A stretch of DNA of 64,000 bases from Burkholderiales bacterium (GTDB lineage Bacteria; Pseudomonadota; Gammaproteobacteria; Burkholderiales; Burkholderiaceae_C): positions 11,882 to 75,881 of the forward strand of contig CANFIH010000001.1 in assembly GCA_947446855.1 (NCBI GenBank). Reading direction: 5' to 3'. The translations under genes and the position numbers were made by a program. Of this stretch, positions 59,437-64,000 are shown piece by piece (positions within the stretch are counted from its first letter, which is position 1; each line of letters begins with the position of its first letter). Below the pieces are notes generated by a model that was not told the origin of the DNA, did not search any database, and saw only the letters and a program-made list of their open reading frames with translations.

Positions 59437-59563
59437 TCGTTATACGGTTCAACCCGCGGTCCGAAAACCACATTGTCAGCAAGGGGAAGCTAGGGTTTGC
59501 CCTTGTCATGACCCACCAAAAGTTGGGTCCATCAACGGCGTTAAGTCTATCAAATACAAGGTC

Positions 59564-59577
59564 GTACGCTAACTTAC
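59564..59577. promoter_or_regulatory. Candidate island-wide operator, copy 6
   Basis: GTACGCTAACTTAC just upstream of the ADH RBS; 12/14 match to 21480-21493. Confidence 0.5.
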
Positions 59578-59593
59578 CAATAAGGAGACATTC

Positions 59594-60748
59594 ATGGGTA
59601 CAGAACTTGCCGAAGGTCAGCCGCTGCAGGCATCCAAGGCCGCCCGCCAGGCGCGTGCCGCCATTGCACGCAAACAGCGTGAGCCCATGTCTCTGGAGAT
59701 GGTGGATGTGGCCGCACCGCGTGATGACGAGGTGCTGGTGCGCCTGGTCGCCACCGGCGTATGCCATACCGACATCGTCTGCCGTGATGCCTTTCCCGTG
59801 CCCATGCCGATTGTGCTGGGGCATGAAGGCGCGGGCGTTGTGGAGGCGGTGGGCAGCAAGGTGGGCAATCTCGCCATTGGTGACCATGTCATCTTCTCCT
59901 TCAACTCCTGTGGTGCCTGTTCCAACTGCCAGAGCCACGAGCCTGCCTATTGCCACCAGTTTCTGGGGCTGAATTTCGGCGGCGTCCTGCTCGAAGACGG
60001 CAGCTCCCCTCTGAGCCAGAACGGAACCCTGGTACATGCCAATTTCTTCGGTCAGTCCAGCTTTGCCACACTGGCCATCGCCCGTGCCAAGAACGCGGTC
60101 AAGGTGGATCCCACGCTGCCGCTGGACCTGCTGGGTCCGCTGGGCTGTGGCATACAGACCGGCGCTGGTGCGGTGATGAACTCGCTCAAGGTGCGTGCGG
60201 GCCGTGCCATCGTGATCTTTGGTGCCGGTGCCGTGGGTATGAGTGCCGTCATGGCGGCCAAGGTGGTGGGTGCCTCGGCCGTGATTCTGGTGGAGCCCAA
60301 TGCGGCACGCCGCGCGCTGGCCCTGGAGCTGGGTGCGACGGCCACCATTGATCCCCGCGACGGTTCGGATACGGTGGCCGCAATTCGCGCCGCCAGTGGC
60401 GGTGCGGGCGTGGACTATGCCCTGGACACCACCGGCATTCCAGCCATCATGACCACCGCGTCCGAGGTGCTGCTGCCCAATGGGCAGTTGGGCCTGATCG
60501 GCATCCCGCCGCCAGACGCCATGGTGCCCCTGAACATCATGAGCATCTATGCCCGCGGCCTGAGCCTGAAGTGCATCGTCGAGGGCGACAGTGACCCGCA
60601 GGTCTTCATTCCGCAGCTGATTGCACTCTACAAGAGCGGCAAGCTGCCCTTTGATCGCCTGATCAAGAAGTTCCCATTCGACCAGATCAACGAGGCCATG
60701 GCGGCGTCCGAGAGCGGCGACGTGATCAAGCCCGTCATCGTCTTCTAA
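59594..60748 (+). CDS. geoA: Zn-dependent aryl/allylic alcohol dehydrogenase (GeoA/XylB-like)
   Basis: GVCHTD, GHEGAG, structural-Zn CGACSNC..C, GPLGCGIQTGAG; VCRDAFPVP.PIVLGHE and EPNAARRALALELGA resemble recalled GeoA (symbol tentative). Confidence 0.75.
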   Translation: MGTELAEGQPLQASKAARQARAAIARKQREPMSLEMVDVAAPRDDEVLVRLVATGVCHTDIVCRDAFPVPMPIVLGHEGAGVVEAVGSKVGNLAIGDHVIFSFNSCGACSNCQSHEPAYCHQFLGLNFGGVLLEDGSSPLSQNGTLVHANFFGQSSFATLAIARAKNAVKVDPTLPLDLLGPLGCGIQTGAGAVMNSLKVRAGRAIVIFGAGAVGMSAVMAAKVVGASAVILVEPNAARRALALELGATATIDPRDGSDTVAAIRAASGGAGVDYALDTTGIPAIMTTASEVLLPNGQLGLIGIPPPDAMVPLNIMSIYARGLSLKCIVEGDSDPQVFIPQLIALYKSGKLPFDRLIKKFPFDQINEAMAASESGDVIKPVIVF

Positions 60749-60772
60749 ACCATAAGTACAAAGGACAACACC

Positions 60773-61873
60773 ATGTGGGAATACACCAAATACTATCTGG
60801 CGCCGGTGACGCAGTTGCTTGCCATGCTCGGCCTCTACCTTGGGGGTGACTATGTCTGGACTGGCCTGGCGCTGTTCCCGCTGATGGCAATTATCGACAC
60901 GCTGCTGCCTCTGGACCTCAAGCCGCGCAAGATGCGCAACAAGGCGCTGGCCTTTGTGCCGATCTGGCTCTCCACCCTGCTGGGTCCGGTGCTCTACGTG
61001 ATGCTGGCCTGGTCGGTTGCGACCCAGAACCTGACGGGATTGCAGATGGTTGGTGCGGTGATCAGCTGTGCCTGGTTGTCGGTGGTGCCGTTGGTGTCCG
61101 CCGCACATGAGCTGTACCACGCCAGAGGCCGTATCGGGCGCAGCGTGGGGCGTTATGCCCAGATTTGCTACCTGGACGCCACACGCATGGAGGCCCATGT
61201 GGTGAGCCACCACCGCGACGTGGGAACTGCCGATGACAGCGACAGTGCAGCCCGTGGCGAGACGCTGTATTCCTTCGCGCCCAAGGCGGTGCTGGAGTCC
61301 ACGCTGCTGGCCCAGCGTATTGAATCGGATGCGCTGGAAAAGCGTGGCTTTGGCCGCTGGTCCATCCGCCACCATATCTGGCGCGCCATCCTGGCTCAAC
61401 TGCTGTTTCAATCGCTGCTGTTTTCGATTGGGGGTTGGGCTGCCGTGGGCCTGGCATTGGCCGGCATGGTGATTGCCCGCTTCTGGGTCGAGACCTTCAA
61501 CTACTTTCAGCACTATGGACAAGTCCGGGTGGAAGGCTCGCCGATTGAGAAGCGCCATGTCTGGAACCATTTCGGGCCGCTCTCACGGCTGGTGGCTTTT
61601 GAGATCACCAACCATGCGGACCATCACCTGAACTCCTACCTGTCGTACTACGAGCTGGTGCCGCACAAGGAATCGGTGCGCATGCCCAGTGTCTTCGTCT
61701 GTTTCTTTGCGGCCCTGGTGCCACCGGTCTGGTTCAACATGATCATCAAACCGGCCCTGAAAGAATGGGACAACGGCTATGCCTCGCCGGCTGAGCAAAA
61801 GCTGGCGGCACAGCAAAACCGGGATGCCGGATGGGAAGAGTGGGTCCAGCCGCAAACGGTGTCGGCACGATGA
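60773..61873 (+). CDS. Membrane non-heme diiron monooxygenase, XylM/CymAa subfamily
   Basis: His boxes HELYH, HVVSHH, NYFQHYG, EITNHADHH; NYFQHYG/EITNH variants are XylM/CymAa-type rather than AlkB-type. Confidence 0.88.
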   Translation: MWEYTKYYLAPVTQLLAMLGLYLGGDYVWTGLALFPLMAIIDTLLPLDLKPRKMRNKALAFVPIWLSTLLGPVLYVMLAWSVATQNLTGLQMVGAVISCAWLSVVPLVSAAHELYHARGRIGRSVGRYAQICYLDATRMEAHVVSHHRDVGTADDSDSAARGETLYSFAPKAVLESTLLAQRIESDALEKRGFGRWSIRHHIWRAILAQLLFQSLLFSIGGWAAVGLALAGMVIARFWVETFNYFQHYGQVRVEGSPIEKRHVWNHFGPLSRLVAFEITNHADHHLNSYLSYYELVPHKESVRMPSVFVCFFAALVPPVWFNMIIKPALKEWDNGYASPAEQKLAAQQNRDAGWEEWVQPQTVSAR

Positions 61874-62355
61874 GCGCAGCCGCAGGCTTGAATCCGCTAC
61901 GGCGTTCCATGGTGGGCCATGGCGCCCTGATTCTGCTGATTGGCATGCTGGCAGGGGTGGGGCTGCTGGTCAGCCTGTTGGGTGGTATGGAGGTCTGGCC
62001 AGGCACCATCTGGCCTCTGCACTTGCCGGGTGCCACGGATGCCTGGGTGCGCACCCACCTGGGCGGCATGCTCAATGGCATCTTGATCATGGTCGTGGCG
62101 CTGGTCTTGCCGGTGGTCGGCTTCGATGTGTCTGGCGCACGCAAGATCAGTTGGATGCTGGTCGGCACAGGCTGGGCCAACACCTTGTTTTACTGGGCGG
62201 CGCTGTTGTCACCCAACCGGGCACTCACCTTTGGCGACAACCGCTTTGGCGTCACCAATCTGGCTGCTGTCCTGGGTCTGGCTCCGGCGCTTCTGTTCAC
62301 GGTGGTCTCAATCGTGGCAGTGGCGATGCTGGCGCGCCAGGCTTTTGCCAAATAA
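61870..62355 (+). CDS. styC: Styrene oxide isomerase-like membrane heme protein
   Basis: MVGHG, GGMEVWPG, PG...W.RTH.G.MLNG, GWAN..FY, SPNRALTFG.N.FG, LAPA align with recalled StyC; ATGA overlap with the monooxygenase stop. Confidence 0.82.
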   Translation: MSAAAGLNPLRRSMVGHGALILLIGMLAGVGLLVSLLGGMEVWPGTIWPLHLPGATDAWVRTHLGGMLNGILIMVVALVLPVVGFDVSGARKISWMLVGTGWANTLFYWAALLSPNRALTFGDNRFGVTNLAAVLGLAPALLFTVVSIVAVAMLARQAFAK

Positions 62356-62371
62356 CCGGGTCCCACGCACC

Positions 62372-63448
62372 ATGCTCACTTTCCTCAAGTCCCTGGTGGC
62401 GGCGCCGGTCAAACGGCAGCTGCAAATCATGCCGCAGGGCGTCACTGTCGATATCGCCTCCGGCCAAACCCTGCTGGAGGCCGCTCTGGCCAACGGCATT
62501 GCCTTTCCGCACGACTGCACCGTAGGCACCTGTGCCTCCTGCAAGTCACGCCTAAAGCAGGGGCGGGTGCGCGAGGCCACACCCTTCGGCTACACGCTGT
62601 CAAAGCAGGAACTGGATGCGGGGTTCATCCTGGCCTGCCAGGCCTTTGCTCGCGACGCGCTGACGGTGGTTGAAATCGAGGCGCCTGGCGCCGATGTGCC
62701 GCCACCCGAATCCTTCGCCGCCAGCATTGTCGAGACCGTGGCCCTGACCCATGACATTCTCAAGGTCACGCTGCGCACGGACCGGCGTGTGCACTATGTG
62801 GCCGGGCAGTACGCCAGCGTGCGCGCCCCCGGACTGGAGCGTAGTCGCCACTACTCATTCGCGGATGTGCCGCAGCGCGAAGGCCGCAGTGAGTTGAACT
62901 TCTTTATCCGCAAGGTGCCAGGCGGTGCCTTTACCGATGCCCTGTTCAGTGGCGCACTCAAAGACCAGACACTTACGCTGGAAGCACCGCATGGCCACTT
63001 CCACCTGCGTGCCGGCAATTCGCCCATGGTCTGTGTAGTGGGCGGAAGCGGCCTGGCGCCCCTGCTCAGCGTGCTGGAACAGGCGCGCAAGTCCCGCATC
63101 AGGCGTCCCTGCACGGTGGTGTTTGGTGCCCGCACACAAGCCGACCTGTATATGTTGGATACCTTGCAGGGATTCGCCGAAGGCTGGCTGGACAGTTACC
63201 ACTTTGTGCCGGTGCTCTCACATGAGCCGGCAGACAGCGGTTGGCAGGGCGCCCGCGGCATGGTGACCGAGCACATCGCCTCCGCGGCGGGGGCTATCGA
63301 CTGGACTGCAGCCGAGGCCTATATGTGCGGCCCGCCGCCCATGATCGATGCCGCCATAGCCACGCTGGTGGACTGCGGCATGCCACTGGATTCCATCTTC
63401 TTTGACAAGTTTACCGACGGGCGGGATGAATCCCCCGCCGCCAGGTAA
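62372..63448 (+). CDS. Monooxygenase reductase subunit (XylA/CymAb-like, [2Fe-2S]-FAD-NADH)
   Basis: FPHDCTVGTCASC...LACQ, RHYSFA, GGSGLAP, YMCGPPPM, FDKF; start MLTFLK. Confidence 0.88.
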   Translation: MLTFLKSLVAAPVKRQLQIMPQGVTVDIASGQTLLEAALANGIAFPHDCTVGTCASCKSRLKQGRVREATPFGYTLSKQELDAGFILACQAFARDALTVVEIEAPGADVPPPESFAASIVETVALTHDILKVTLRTDRRVHYVAGQYASVRAPGLERSRHYSFADVPQREGRSELNFFIRKVPGGAFTDALFSGALKDQTLTLEAPHGHFHLRAGNSPMVCVVGGSGLAPLLSVLEQARKSRIRRPCTVVFGARTQADLYMLDTLQGFAEGWLDSYHFVPVLSHEPADSGWQGARGMVTEHIASAAGAIDWTAAEAYMCGPPPMIDAAIATLVDCGMPLDSIFFDKFTDGRDESPAAR

Positions 63449-63481
63449 GTACCACACCACTCTTCAAGACAGGACATGAGC

Positions 63482-64000
63482 ATGAGCCAAGAGCAGCGCA
63501 GCGCAGATGCAACTGAATTCACCTACTGGCGATTCTGTGCCTGGATGGGACCGGTTTTCATGGCGGTATTCATCGTCTTCTGGGGCATCATGGGACACAA
63601 CATCCCGCCCTGGAATCCGGACCTGCCAGCCGCCACCATTGCCAACTGGTTCCGCACGGAGGCCAATACCATCCGCACCGGCATGGTGATGTCCATGAGC
63701 TTTGCGGTGCTGTATGCCGTGTGGGGTCTGGCTATCGGGAAGGTGATGACGCGCATCGTGCCCAAGGACAGTATTCTGGTGGACCTGCAGGTCTGGGGTG
63801 CCGGCCTGACCGTGGTACCGGTGCTGGTGTCTACCTCGTTCTGGCTCACAGGCTCCTTCCGCCCGGATGCCTTGCCGGACAACATCCTGCAGATGCTCTA
63901 CGACATGGCTTGGCTGCTGATTGACCTGGCCTATTCCACCACCACCGTGCAGCTGTTTGCCGCTGGCGTGGGCTTTATGCGGGACAAGCGCATCACACCG
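63482..64000 (+). CDS. Multi-pass membrane protein of unknown function (partial, runs off the window)
   Basis: Open frame after AGGAC: MSQEQRS...RFCAWMGPVFMAVFIVFWG...IPPWNP...IRTGMVM...YDMAWLL; several hydrophobic segments, no stop before 64000. Confidence 0.75.
   Translation, partial: MSQEQRSADATEFTYWRFCAWMGPVFMAVFIVFWGIMGHNIPPWNPDLPAATIANWFRTEANTIRTGMVMSMSFAVLYAVWGLAIGKVMTRIVPKDSILVDLQVWGAGLTVVPVLVSTSFWLTGSFRPDALPDNILQMLYDMAWLLIDLAYSTTTVQLFAAGVGFMRDKRITP

Noticed and set aside
59186-61570. 794-aa - strand ORF
   Set aside because: Antisense to the well-supported ADH and monooxygenase genes; no recognisable domain
61870-62355. Classical styrene catabolic operon
   Set aside because: No styA, styB, styD, styS/R or paa genes in the window
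1-64000. Mobile elements, tRNA/rRNA, CRISPR arrays, defence systems
   Set aside because: No transposase, integrase, repeat-spacer array or structural RNA recognised; horizontal origin of the island cannot be shown from this window alone

Overview
GC-rich betaproteobacterial DNA (Comamonadaceae-like, judged from the gene set). The first ~1 kb holds the end of a myo-inositol catabolic operon (iolD 3' end, iolB). The remaining ~62 kb reads as one coordinated catabolic island, best explained as aerobic degradation of cyclic monoterpenes and p-cymene. It has five parts. (i) A CoA-dependent alicyclic ring-cleavage and branched beta-oxidation set: CoA ligase, truncated FadB-like hydratase, BadH- and BadI-like enzymes, 2,4-dienoyl-CoA reductase, three acyl-CoA dehydrogenases, MaoC hydratases, a CitE-like lyase, an SCPx-type thiolase with an apparently non-catalytic HMG-CoA-synthase/DUF35 fusion, BKACE, ETF and a globin. 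This resembles, from recall, the mrc/geo island of anaerobic Castellaniella defragrans. (ii) A CYP153/ferredoxin/GMC/reductase module and (iii) a GeoA-like ADH/XylM-CymAa-type diiron monooxygenase/StyC-like epoxide isomerase/reductase module, each divergent from its own MalT-like LuxR regulator. (iv) A rearranged p-cumate (cmt-like) meta-cleavage operon with a TetR, an amidohydrolase-type decarboxylase and an acyl-CoA ligase. (v) A DUF1302-DUF1329-YCF48-RND transport cassette, plus a crotonase and icmF. Two recurring operator-like motifs read directly from the sequence tie the modules together. The most novel-looking element is a styrene-oxide-isomerase homolog translationally coupled inside a cymene-monooxygenase-like operon, with no styAB in the window. 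No rRNA, tRNA, CRISPR, IS or integrase was seen. All family assignments come from motif reading and recalled homologs, not from database searches.
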